Of a stretch of 64,000 bases of DNA, positions 12,140-24,070 are shown one piece after another (position 1 is the stretch's first letter; each line of letters starts with the position of its first letter). Both the position numbers and the translations under genes were made by a program. Source of the DNA: Chiloscyllium plagiosum (taxonomy: Eukaryota); contig NC_057749.1 of the NCBI RefSeq assembly GCF_004010195.1, positions 8,309,451-8,373,450 of the forward strand, written 5' to 3'. Under the pieces are notes generated by a model. It saw only the letters and a program-made list of their open reading frames with translations. It ran no database searches and was not told the origin of the DNA.

Positions 12140-13519
12140 CTATTCTTCATCAAAATTCATAAGCGGAATTGCCCTTTCTTCCCTTTGTAGATCAGGACAC
12201 TCCCGCTTAAAATGCCCTATCTTTCCGTTATAATAGCATCCTGCCTGTGGAGAATTCCATCTCTGTCCCTGTCGCCCGAACCCTCTATCAAATGCTCCCC
12301 CTTGTCCTCTCCCTCTCCCTCTGCCTCTCTGTCCTACATGCTGCCACTCGCCGCTCCAATTGCTCACTATTGGTTCCATTCTTTTCTTAACAACTTCTTC
12401 AACCGTAGTTACCATTATTTTCGCCTTCTGTTTTTGTCTTTCATCCTCTCTCTTTACAAACACTTTCTGTGCCTCTCTTAACAATTCATCTAATGGTTTT
12501 TTGCTCCACCCTTCCAACTTCTGTATCTTTCTCTGTATGTCTGGCCATGCCTTTGTCACAAAATGTACTTTCAAAAGACCCTGTGCCATTGGATCCTCAG
12601 GGTTCATTCCAGAGTATTTCCGCATTGAGTCTCTTAATCTTTGCAAGAAAGTTGAGGGAGTCTCATCTTTCTCCTGTCTAACTTCAAGGGCTTTAGTCAA
12701 ATTCTGCGACTTCAGAACTGCCTGTCTTATTCCTTTTAGAATCAGGTCTTTCAATTCCCTCATTTCTTCTCTATGCTCCCATCTCCTTTTTAAATGTTCT
12801 GACCTCCCCACTGGTGAGGGGGGCACTCACAAACCCAATCTCTTTGTCCCCTGTTGGTACCTCCCGAAGGGGATAAGTCTTTACGTTCCTCCCCTTGTTT
12901 TGTTTTTGTTTTTTCCCCCTTAGGCTTTGGTTTAGATACTCCGGAGGCCTCCTCTACATCTACTTTATCTTCCCTTTCTTTTGTTGAGGATTGAGGGTCG
13001 GAACAACAACATCCCCGTCCACCGCCCCTTCGTCCTCCTCTTGTGGGTCATCCCTTCCCTGTCCCTGCCTGTCTGTCTCTCCTCCTCCCCCATTTTCACC
13101 TAATCTGATTTCATGGTACGGGGTGGGGGGCAAGCGCCAAGAGGATCCCAGGGACTGGGTGGGGCAGAGGGGGAATCCTTTGTCTTTACTACCATCATTC
13201 CCAAACTGCCCTTCCAACAGGATGCATAGTCCGCCTCTTCTTGACTAAAAGGTTGGTTTTTATTCACATACAAATCTAAATACTGACACATCCAATCCTC
13301 GTCCGAACCATACTTTGGCAGAAGACAGCCGGGCGAAGGATTGGTTCTTTGGTCCATACTAAACAACAATATTTAATCATTTTCTTTTTATCTTTTACCC
13401 TTGTACAAGTGTTACTTGTCCATTCCCGCAACATCCTCCCCAACGGACTTTCAGGAGGAATGTTACCAGGGACTTTTTCTTTCTTTACTCCGTGACAATT
13501 ACTCTGCCTACCCCCCCAT
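12140..13519 (-). pseudogene. gag: Retroviral gag (MA-CA-NC), frameshifted and with an internal CA deletion
   Basis: Removing one G from a G-run restores an MGGRQS myristoylation start. MA: IPPESPLGRMLREW...KKKMIKYCCLVW...WPKYGSDEDW. CA start PLREVP..IGFVSAPLTSGEVRTFKKE; MHR-like VRQEKDETPSTFLQRL; degenerate knuckle CYYNGKIGHFKREC; ends in TAG. Confidence 0.93.
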
Positions 13520-13815
13520 TTCTCGGGGTCCTCGCCAGTCCCTCAGCGATTAAATATCCCTTTTCCCGGCCACCAAGGCAATACTTAAAAGTCAGTTTTC
13601 TTACCTTGGTCTGTGCACAGAGTTGCCTGGCCCCTTGTTGCCATATGCTCTATCGACCTCCTTTCACTGTCTGATTCAGATGTCTCTCTTTTGGGATTTG
13701 TACCAGTCGCCCAAGGGAGCGGACTAAACCGGGACACGAGACTGCTCCTCAATTGGGAACGGGACGTGTCTTCCCAGTGTCCAGGGCCAGCTACTCCCCC
13801 CAGCGATAGAAGAAC

Positions 13816-13832
13816 ATCCCGGACAGCCCCCA
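13816..13832 (-). promoter_or_regulatory. Primer-binding site, tRNA-Pro
   Basis: Minus strand TGGGGGCTGTCCGGGAT, 2 nt after the 5' LTR. Matches the canonical Pro PBS TGGGGGCTCGTCCGGGAT with one C deleted. Confidence 0.9.
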
Positions 13833-13834
13833 GT

Positions 13835-14496
13835 TGTGAGAAACAAAGCTCACTCACTTCAATAATTTCAGTCCGAGACAAGATCTGAAGCAATCAGTAT
13901 GTTTATTATACACTTGCAAGCGTGGTGCCTGGAATGGGGCACACAGAGTTTAGCAAGTACATATCGTATATAGGATTCACTACTCCAAACCCGGTGCCCA
14001 TTACTATTGTTTATCTCTTGCCTTATCTGGCCTTGTGCATAACAAAGTACAAGTTTTACTCGGCCATTTCACCACATCCTGCTGTGGCCCATTGTTAGGT
14101 ATATCCTTCTTCGTGATAATCTATTTCCTCCTCATATGCGATTTCCTCCCTTTCCCCAACCATATTGATCCTTGTGACCTTTTAATTGGGGTTTGTTTTT
14201 GTGTTTTTGCAAAAGTGGGAAACAGATGTTTATAACTCCTGCTTGCACAAGCATATCTGGCTTAACCTACATCCTCACAGCACCTTATCTATTTGTCTAC
14301 CATTGTTAGCAGGCACGTTTCATTCTTGCATTCACATTTTAGCTAATACAAAAACGATTATATATTTCCCCCACATAGTTTTCATTCTTGTTGACTCAGC
14401 TCTTGGGTTGAAACAATTATACACTGGTGTGAGTGCATTTACCTTGTATAAGTAATTATGATTGCAGAAGTAACACAACTTTACCTATATCCCACA
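13835..14496 (-). repeat. 5' LTR of the provirus (662 bp)
   Basis: Plus strand reads tgtgagaaac...tatcccaca, a direct repeat of 6160-6799, adjacent to the PBS. Confidence 0.97.
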
Positions 14497-14502
14497 AAAC
14501 TT

Positions 14503-14783
14503 AGAAGCCCTGCAGTGTGGAAGCAGGCCATTCAGCCCATACAGTGCATATGAATCCTCCAAGGAGCATCCCACCCAGACTGTATTTCTTATGGCTAATC
14601 CACCTAGCCTAACTTAAGCATGGCCAAACCACCTAACCCACACATCTTTGGACTGCGGGAGGAAACCAGAGCAGACATGGGGCGAACGTGCAAACTCCAC
14701 ACATAGACACCTGAGGGTGGAATCATACCCATGTTCCTGGTGCTGTTGGGAGCAGTGCCAACCACTAAGCCACCATGTCGCTC
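14503..14783 (-). mobile_element. HE1-type V-SINE next to the 5' LTR
   Basis: V-domain. Apparent TSD caaactt at 14784-14790; the left copy is split by the ERV. Confidence 0.8.
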
Positions 14784-15360
14784 CAAACTTCTGACGACTT
14801 CCTTGCATGGCTCAGTGTCAAATTCTGACTGACAGAAGAGCTTTGAGAAGCATTTCTACGTTAAGGCCAGTGTGTAAATACTGTGTAGTGTTGCGATGCC
14901 CACAATCCAAGGATTCTGAATGTCACCAGCGTTTACAAAAACAGCTTGGAGTATAAAATCGGTTACTCAACTGAAGTCAAGCAATGACTTCTGTTTGTCA
15001 GCAACGTTTGAAGCAATGAAGGACTTGTGTTGATTAAATGTCAAAGCCAAGGTCCGAAGCATTAAATCAACATGAGGGGTCGACTTCCCTTGCTGGAGAT
15101 AACTGGGAGCAGTCGGAGGTTATCTCACTTAATAACAGTTTGGAAACATTTTATTCTTCAAATAAATAGCAAAAAATAAATAAAGCAGATGTGATGATTG
15201 CTGAGCGTGGCTGACATTTAAAAAAAATAACGCCCTGAGGCATTAAGATCCAATAGTTACTCATCGAGTCTGGGCACAGTAAGTACTACTCAGATATTAC
15301 ATTGCCACTTGTTGGACCAGTTCTTACCTCAATTGGCCAAGAGCTATCAGGTGGAAGTTT

Positions 15361-15703
15361 CATAGAATCCCTACAGTGTGGAAAGAGGCCATTTGGCCCA
15401 TCATGTTCACATCGACCCTCCAAACAGCATCCCATCCACATACAGCTGCCCACCTTATCCACATAGCCTCAGACTAACCATGGCTAGTCCACCTAGCCTA
15501 CACATTATGGATAATTTAGCATGGCTATTCCATTTATCGCACACATCTTCAAATTGTGGGAGCAAACGGAATCACATGGAGGAAAAGCACACAGACACAG
15601 GAAGACTAAGCAAACTCCACATAGATAGTCACCCGAGGCTGGAATCGAACCAAGGTCCTTGGCACTGTGAGGCAGCAGTGCTAACCATTGAAGAACTGTG
15701 CCA
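15361..15703 (-). mobile_element. HE1-type V-SINE
   Basis: V-domain, head and tail motifs. Confidence 0.8.
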
Positions 15704-17254
15704 TGGCAAACTGTTGTGGAAAATGTTATGGAAAGTAATAGAGGGTCAGGAATATTTCCAGGCCAGTAGTCCATCCATGTTTGTGTGACACTATGATCTT
15801 AAGGGAAGTAGTCTGGCATGCGGGACTGTGGAGGCTAAACCTGAAGACCCTGTAGCCCAAGTGGTCAGGATCTCCGGCAGGATAAGCAGATACATCTAAG
15901 TTAGGTAGGTGACCCATGAGGGAGCCTCAAAGTAGAGGTTTTTTTACATGACTGAGGTACAATGTGGGTTGGGGCCATTAGACATATTGGAGGGTTAGTT
16001 GGATAGGTTTTTGATTAGAAAGGGATTCAAGGGTTTTGGGGGTTGGAGCAAACTGGAAAGTGACATTGATGCTATAATCAAATTAGCCAAGATCTTATCA
16101 AATGGCACAGCAGGCTTGTCAGAAAGAATGGCCTCATCTTGCTCCTAAATTTTGTAACTTGTGTCGCATCTGTCAAAAACGTGAGCAGAGTTTTCAGAGC
16201 AGGTTGCTAAATGTGGATTGGCTGGAAACCTCTTCAGTGAGAAGGAAGCTCTCAACTTTCCCAGCATTGTGACTATTGATTAGCAACCAAGTGGGGAAAA
16301 TCCTCAATGGAGAGCTTTTTCATTGTAATAATCTTGAATTCAACACAGTATGGCCGAGGATATGTATTCCATTGAGTGCCCTCTTCATTTGTTTAAATTG
16401 CACTTCAAGTTTTTGCCTTCTTGCTATATGTGCATAATATTTCAAGAATACATGTAAGTCATTTTATTATTGTAATATGTCACACATGGGAGAGCAAAAG
16501 TGTTTTGAAATCGCAACTAATCCAAGAGGTCCAGAATGTTTCAGAACATCTTTAGCAGCTAGCAGAAGCAAAGACAAACATTGATGAGACCTAAATACCC
16601 TTTGGTACAAAAAATACTGCCACAACAAGTGAGAGCCTCGTCTGATGGGTAAACCATGAGAATGTAACAGGGTTTGCCCATTGTAGTATGAAGATGAAGA
16701 CTGTGATGGCCGCTAGAAGCGTTATTTGAGGTAAGGCATTCAGTGAGCAATAAATCGTGTAAATATCAGAAATGAAAGCTCATACAGAATCCATAATGAA
16801 GTTCAAAAATCAACAATCTCAGTGTACAGAGGGTTTTACAGTTCTGTGATAGTCAATCAATATTAATATTGATTCAAAAGTGATGCAATGTATAACTTTG
16901 CTCTCAATCACTGTACATTCCCTCTCACCTCTTACCTCTGAAATCTCTGTGCTTCTGTAATTCTGGCCTCTTGAACGTCACTGATTTTGAGTGCTCCAAT
17001 ATCAGCAGTCTTCTGTACTGTACGATTCTATGCTTGTGCCATTGGCTTGCCCAGCACTAAGTTCCAAATCTGAGTCTCTTGACCTCTCGCTCTTCCTTTA
17101 CGACACACGTTTCTTTGACCCACAAACATTTTGCTTCACCTGAGCTAATAGCCCTTCATGTAGTTCAGGGTCAAGTTTGTTTTATAACACTTTATGAAAT
17201 GCTTTACTGTATGAAAGATGTTATATAAATGCAAAACTGCTGTGCAATAGGCTA

Positions 17255-17530
17255 CCACGGTGGCTCAGTGATCATCACAGCACCAGGGACCCGGGTTCGA
17301 TTCCAGCCTCAGGCGACTGTTTATGTGGAGTTTGCACATTCTCCCCGTGTCTATGTGGATTTCCTCCGGGTGCTCCAGTTTCTTCCCACAGTCCAAAGAT
17401 GTGCAGGTTAGATCGATTGGCAATGGGGAATATGGGGTTATAGGGTAGGTTTGGGTGGGATTCTGTCTGGAGGGTCAGTGTGGACTCAATGGGCTGAATG
17501 GCCTGCTCCCCCACTGTAAGGATTGTATGA
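17255..17530 (+). mobile_element. HE1-type V-SINE
   Basis: A box ggtggctcagtg, B box ggttcgattcc, V-domain tgtggagtttgcacattctccccgtgtc. Confidence 0.85.
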
Positions 17531-17821
17531 AAACATTTTTCTGCTTATAACATTATTTTAGGTATTTCCTTCTTTTAATGAATCCTATTAATCTCCATTT
17601 GTTTTTTATTCATTTTGGAATGTGGGTGTCATAGGCTAGGGCAGCATTTATTGCCCATCCCTAATTGCTCAGAGGGCAGTTAAGAGTCAACCACTTTGCT
17701 GTGGGGCTGGAGTCCCATGTAGGCCAGACCAGGTAAGGATGGAAGGTTTCTTTCTGTAAAGGAAGTAAAAGGATACTAAAGAATCAGATGGGTTTTATGA
17801 CAATAGCTACATGGTTGGCAT

Positions 17822-19467
17822 TGTAGTGGTTGTAACAAGGTCAGCCAGATGGATCCTATAGAATATGAGTTCTTTGATTGGAGCTATTAACCCGGCCCAA
17901 TCAGGGAGCCCTGGCTGACAGATGTAAACAGGAATGTCAGAGATTCTGTTCATGCTGAGAGCTTACGCTGAGGAACAAAGAACAAAGAAAATTTACAGCC
18001 CAGGAAGAGGCCCTTCAGCCTTCCAAACCTATGCCAATCCAAATCCACTGTCAAAACCTATCGCCCAATTCCTAAGGATCTGTATCCCTCTGCTCACCAC
18101 CAACTCATGCATCTGTCCAGATGCACCTTAAATGAATCTACCATACCTGCCTCCACTACCTCTGCTGGCAACGCGATCCAGGCACCTACCCCGCCTCTGA
18201 GAAAAGTACTTACCGTGTGTACCCCCCTTAAGCTTTTCTCCTCTCACCTTAACACGTGACCTCTCATTATTGAATCCTTCGTCCTGGGAAAAAGCTTAAG
18301 TCTATCCATCCTATCTATACCCTTCATGATTTTGTAAACCTTAATCAGGTCCCCCTCAATCTCCTTTTTTTTAATGAAAACAATCCTAACCTACTCAACC
18401 TCACTTCATAGCTAACACCTTCCATATCAGACAACATCCTCATAAACCTTCTCTGCACTCTCTCCAGAGTGTCCACATCCTTTTAGTAATGTGGCAACCA
18501 GAACTGCACACAGTATTCTAAGAACCAAAGTCTTGTACAATTTTAACATGACCTGCCAAGCTCTTATACTCAATATCCAGTCTGAAGAAGGCAAGCATAC
18601 CATGTGCCTTCTTGACCACTCTATCCACTTGCGCAGTCACCTTCAGGATACAATGGACCTAAACTCCCAGATCTCTCAACTTTTCCTAAGGCTTTTCCAT
18701 TTACAGTATAGTTTTCTTAGAATTAGACCTTCCAAAATGCATCACCTTACATTTGCCTGGGTTGAACTCCATCTGTCACTTCTCTGTCCAACTCTCCAGT
18801 CTGCCTGTATTCTCCTGTATTCTTTGACAGTTCCCTATGCTTTCTGCTACTCCACCAATCTTCATGTCATCTGCAAATTTACAGATCAGACCAACAATGC
18901 CCTCTTCCAGATCATTTATGTATATCACAAACAACAGTGATCCCTGTGGAACACCACTGGTCACCTTTCTCCATTTCAATTACTACCATTCAAACTCCCT
19001 TCAATTACTACTCCCTGTGTCCTGTTGCTCAACCAGTTCTTTATCAATCTAGCTAGAACACCTTGATCACCATGTGACATCACTTTCTCCATTAGTTTAC
19101 CATGGTCAACTTTATCAAATGCCTTACTAAAGTCCATGTGTATGACATCTACAGCCCTCCTTCATCTATTAACTTGGTCACTTCCTCAAAGAACTCTATT
19201 AAGTTGGTAAGACACAATTTTCCCTGCGTAAAACCATGTTGTCTATCACTGATAAGCCCATTCTCTTCCAAATATAAATAGATCCTATCCCTCAGTATCT
19301 TCTCCAGCAACTTTCCCACAACTGACATCAGGCTCACTGCTCTGTAGTTGCCTGGAATATCCCTACTACCCTTCCTGAACAGGAAGCTGTATTAGTCTCA
19401 AGTACAATGCATGTGTAAATAAAGGATGACTTGATGATGGGATACCAGCTTCTATGGAGCTATTTCA
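17822..19467 (+). mobile_element. Solo LTR interrupted by a CR1 insertion
   Basis: Ends TGTAGT...ATTTCA with flanks ggcat/gacat. Contains CCAAT and AATAAA. A related copy lies at 56570-56724 (minus). Confidence 0.6.
17976..19380 (-). mobile_element. CR1 LINE, 5'-truncated ORF2 RT region
   Basis: SLMSVVGKLLEKIL, QHGF..GK.CLTNLIEFFE, VTSGVPQGS, KFADD. Tail gaacaaagaacaaag; aggaa at both junctions. Confidence 0.9.
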
Positions 19468-20292
19468 GACATCAAACTAAATTTTTATTGAAATCAAGTT
19501 TGTCATTTGCTCTGTGTAGGAACTTGAACCCAAACCCTCGTGACATTAAGCCTACAGTTGGAAACTCTCTTCAAGTGAAAATGTCCATCCCTTAACCATG
19601 GATGAAACACTGAGAATAATAGTCCAAGAATGTTAATTGGTGAAGAACCTCATCAATAGGCTCAGTTCATAAGTGAACAGTTTAGATTTTTGCACATGGA
19701 AGAAGGGATGCATTGAGAACAGATAAAATAGCTTTCACTGGTACAACGTCTCTTCAAAGCGAGTGACAAGTGTTTCTCATGACACAAAGAAACATACCTG
19801 CTCAAGATGTAGATGAAGCCTTAGTTTAGCATCTTACCCAAGGAGACAGCAGCTCTGACAATGCAGAACTTCCTCAGCACGTCATGTTTGATTGGACCGC
19901 CTTCCTGAAATTGTAGTGGGGCTTGAACCTGCAGCCCTTTTAACTTGGAAATGAATGTTTCCTATCAAGGCAGGCTGACACATATACACAAGCTGACTGT
20001 TCTGCTGATGAATGTAAAATGATCTCAATTATTCGTTTGCTGGGTCAAGGTTTCGAAGCTCCCCCAACTGGTTGCTGGATAACAAAATTGTGACATCAAG
20101 ACCAAAGGGTTTGTCAATTCAATTCTGAGTCTTTGCTGTGTTGATGTATCTCAGCTGTCTTGCAAAAAGATTGTGACATTTAAGTTCAGGGAGAGACTAA
20201 GGTATAAAAAGCTGGAGGCTGGATGTTTTGACAGGTGTTGGGACTCTACTATCGAGCCCATTTGACAGCCTGGAACCTGCCCATGTTAGAAG

Positions 20293-20566
20293 CATAGAAT
20301 TTCTCTAGTGAGGGAAAAGGCCATTCAGCCCATCAAGTCCACACCAATCCTCCAAAGAGCATCCCACCCAGACCCACCCTATTCCTGCAACCCTGCACTT
20401 CCTATGGCTAACCCACCTACCTTTGGACTGTGGGAGGAAACCGGAGCACTCAGAGGAAACATGTACAGACATGGAGAGAATGTGCAAGCTCCACACAGAC
20501 AGTCACCTAAGGGTGGAATCAAACCCAGGTCACTGGCAGTAGTACTAACAACTGATCCACTGTGTT
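20293..20566 (-). mobile_element. HE1-type V-SINE
   Basis: V-domain motifs. Confidence 0.8.
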
Positions 20567-21459
20567 GTCAAGTGCCTATGGAATGCATCCCAGTGCAAGC
20601 CAACAACTTTGGGAGAAATAAACAAAAAACAGGGGATCGAAGAGTTACAGACTGCAAATCATTCAATCAGCATAACTTTTGAAGGGTTAAATGGATAGAG
20701 GTTTCAATAGAAAAACAAGTACTATCTTCCCTTTGTATGAGGTTACCATCAGTTCAATAGATATTCTGCCTACCAAACAACTGAGCAATGCAGCATTTGA
20801 ATTTCTGTAGTGATGCCATGCCTGGTATATAAGCTGTATGTCCTGAGGACTTGCAGATTATATCAAACAGCATATCCCTATGGCTGCTTAGATTGGAAGA
20901 GTACAGATCATACTCAACAGTTTGTGCTTCCAAAACTCGGAATATTTAACATTACATGCGACTGCACAACTGTTCAGGAACAGCACTTACCGAACAATAC
21001 CAATTATACTGAAGATTACACAGATTACTCATTTAAGATCTTCAGTCAGATTCTTAATCTGACCAATTTACATTGGCTAGAAGCTAAACCTGTCCTCTTC
21101 AGGGAAAAGGAACATGTCCAGGGACTGGGTCACCTTTGAATTTAACAACCTTGATGAGGACTGTATTTTCCTGGTGCATTTTCCATGGCAATGTCTGAAC
21201 CAGTCAGAGCATAGAAACATACAAAAAATGCATGAGCAGAAGTAGGCCATTCAGCCCATCGAGCCTGCTCTGCCATTCTATGTGACTATGTGAAATTTGG
21301 CATTCTTGAGGCTGTCCTGATAAGGGCAAAATAAAAAAAATTGAAATCCATCTCTTTCATCAACAACACTCAAAGTGGAGATTATTGTCAGCTATGTTGC
21401 AGCATAACCAGAATGGTGTTTGATCAAATTTATTTATTTTGTTGTAGACAGATTAACAG

Positions 21460-21808
21460 GGGAGGCAACAACCTGGTGGTATTATCACTGAACTGTTAAT
21501 CCAGAGATCTTGGTCACATTCTGGGGACCTGGGTTTGAATCACACCACACCAGAATTTGAATTCAATAATAATCTGGAATTAAGAGTCTAATGATGACCA
21601 TGTATCCATTGCCAATTGTCAGAAAAACCCATCTGGTTCACTGATTTCTTTTGGGGAAAGCAACTGCTATCCTTACCCGGTCTGACCTATGTGTGACTCC
21701 AGTCCCACAGTGATGTGGTTGACTCTTAACTGCTCTCTGGACAATTAACGATGGGCAATAAGTGCTGACCCAGCCAACGACACTTTCATCCCATAAATGA
21801 ATTAAACA
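21460..21808 (+). mobile_element. Deu-domain SINE
   Basis: tRNA-like head (gggtttgaatc), aaacccatctggttcact...ccttacccggtctgacct...ggttgactcttaactg, tail aatgaat. Confidence 0.75.
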
Positions 21809-21814
21809 AAATCC

Positions 21815-22505
21815 ATTTAGAGGAAGTGACAAAGGTGATTGATGAGGGCAGGGCAGTGGATGTTGTCTACATGGACTTTAGCAAGGCCTTTGATAAGGTC
21901 CCTCATGGCAGGCCGATAGGGAAGGTGAAGTCATATGGAATATGCAGTGATCTGGTAAGAGGTGGGTGATTCACAGAAGATAGTGAGTGGAGGTGAAAGG
22001 GTATTTTCCCTGACTGGAGATCTGTGACCATGAGATGCAGGTTTAAGGTAAAAAAGTGTAAGTTTAAAGGAGGGGCAAGTTTTTTTATACAGAGGGTGGT
22101 AAGTGCCTGGAATGCACTGCCAAGTCAGGTGGTGGAGGCAGATACAACACAACATTAAAGAGACATCTTGACTGATATAGGAATAGAGGATCGTGAGTTC
22201 ATGGAATGCCCTGCCAGTAGCAGTGGTGGACTCTCCCTCATTATGGGCATTATAGCGGGCATTGGATAGGCATATGGAGGATAGTGGGCTAGTGTAGGTT
22301 AGGTGGGCTTGGATCGGCGCAACATCGAGGGCCGAAGGGCCTGTACTGCGCTGTATTCTTCTATGTTCTATGTTCTATGTTCTATGTTCTATGATACGGA
22401 CCGTGGAGATGCAAAAGGTTTATTGTTTAGAAAGGCATCATGTGTCAGCATAGGCTTGGTGGGTGGAAGGGTCTGTAGCTGTAATGTACTGTTCTTTGTT
22501 CTTTC
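21815..22505 (+). mobile_element. CR1 fragments, with a nested second CR1 3' end at 22189-22393 ending in (ttctatg)n
   Basis: EEVTKVIDEGRAVDVVYMDFSKAFDKVPH motif and CR1 3' UTRs. Confidence 0.8.
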
Positions 22506-23734
22506 TTAATTCCATTAACAAAAGCATACAAATGCATTTCACATGTGTACAGCAATACCAGCAACAATTATATCTAATGCTCAGTCATTTGTACCTTCCT
22601 CAATGGAAAGAGTGAGACTTGATGTGGGAGTAGATTGTCAGTATTGGTGAATCAGCCATCTGAGTAAATAAACTTTTATTGTGGATTGCAAGCCTATTTT
22701 GACTTGTCAGTGAACTGATTTGATTCACTTGTTAAATGGTTGAAAGGTATATAGCAAGTCTGTTGGCATTAGTCAAATATTGACCACAAGGCCCATTCCC
22801 ATTTTTATATTGTTCTTTTATTCAGAAACCTACACAAGTATTCGATAAACCTGAAGGCCAAGACTAAAGAATATTGATTTTAAGATCGGTACTCTAATGC
22901 CGTGTAATGTTTTGCTGCTTGGCTGTTTAAAGACTCTCAACAGTTACAAAGCCTGGTCAGTAAGGCTCACCCAGCATTGTTCATTAGTGCACTCCCTGGG
23001 GTAACACTGAGGAATTTAAGATAGCGCCGTCCCAGGCTTGACCTATTTTTCTAATCAACCTGCTCAGAGATGTTATTATACACCTCTGGAGCCGGTGGGA
23101 CTTGAACCCGGATCTCTCCGGTTTGATCCCCACACTCTAACCTGCTGATAAGCTGACCTCCTCCATGCTGAGAATTAGCTTCTGTTCCCTGGGGTTAACA
23201 GAACAAAATAAGAAAACAAACCAATCGGCCAGATTGCTGATCCGTCCTTGAGTACAAGCGTGTGAGTATCAGATGAAATCAGAACGGTGACAATATTAAT
23301 TTTGTGCATCCGATTAGCATATTGCAATTCTGTTTCTAGCCTCATCCATTGAGAATGAGAATGCCACTGGAGAATTCTCCTCTCTACACTGGCACTCTGC
23401 TGTGGAGCTGTTCAGGAAATTGCAACACATGTGTAGTGTTAACTCAAAGATGCCATGAGGAATGACACTGGTGGATAAACCCGTAAGGAAAAGCAGCAGA
23501 AAGGATGGAGTAATTGTTCGATAAAGCATCCATACTGTTGACTTGCGCAATATCAAAACACGGTCTGTCCCAGTCTGTACAAAGTTGCAGAAACATCCAT
23601 CAACTAAGAAACTCACAGGGACCATATCCCAAGCCATTGCCTTTGGAAAAGGATGAACAAAGACCTATACAGCTGCACACATACAATATCAGATCCTTCA
23701 ATCTTCAGGTGACCCTTCTACTTATGGTTAGATT

Positions 23735-24070
23735 CAGAATCCCTACAGTCTCGGGGCAGGATTCAGCTCGTACCACCCCTCTAAAGTGCATCTCATGCAG
23801 ATACCCCTACAACATCCCTATAACCCTGCATTCCCACAGCCAATCTAGCTAGCCTGCACATCCCCTGTACACTATGGGCAATTTAGCACAGTCGATCCGT
23901 TTAACTTGCCCATCTTTGGACTGTGGGAGGAAGCCACTGCACTCAGAGGAAACCCATACAGACACGGGGAGAATATGCAAACTCCACACAGACTGTTGCC
24001 CAAGGATGGAATCGTACCCAGGTCCCTGGTGCTGTGAGGCAGCAGTGCTAACACTGAGCCACTGTGCTGC
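23735..24070 (-). mobile_element. HE1-type V-SINE
   Basis: V-domain motifs. Confidence 0.85.

Larger units (their letters stand above)
6160..14496 (-). mobile_element. Endogenous retrovirus provirus, class I, HERV-I/HERVIP10-like, decayed
   Basis: Two long direct repeats with TG...CA ends. AAAC is duplicated at 6156-6159 and 14497-14500. Internal PBS, gag, pro, RT, IN, env and PPT lie in canonical order on the minus strand. Confidence 0.97.
17605..19590 (-). mobile_element. Deu-domain SINE split by a solo LTR (pieces about 17605-17821 and 19468-19590)
   Basis: Deu-like gcagttaagagtcaacc...ccagaccaggtaaggatgg motifs, plus a tRNA-like cttgaaccc on the far side. Confidence 0.6.

Noticed and set aside
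12360..12923. 187-aa antisense ORF over gag
   Set aside because: Expected shadow of a purine-rich coding strand; no independent support.
13585..13893. Possible accessory ORF in the ERV leader
   Set aside because: It begins at a non-ATG codon inside the LTR, runs across the PBS and has no recognisable motif.
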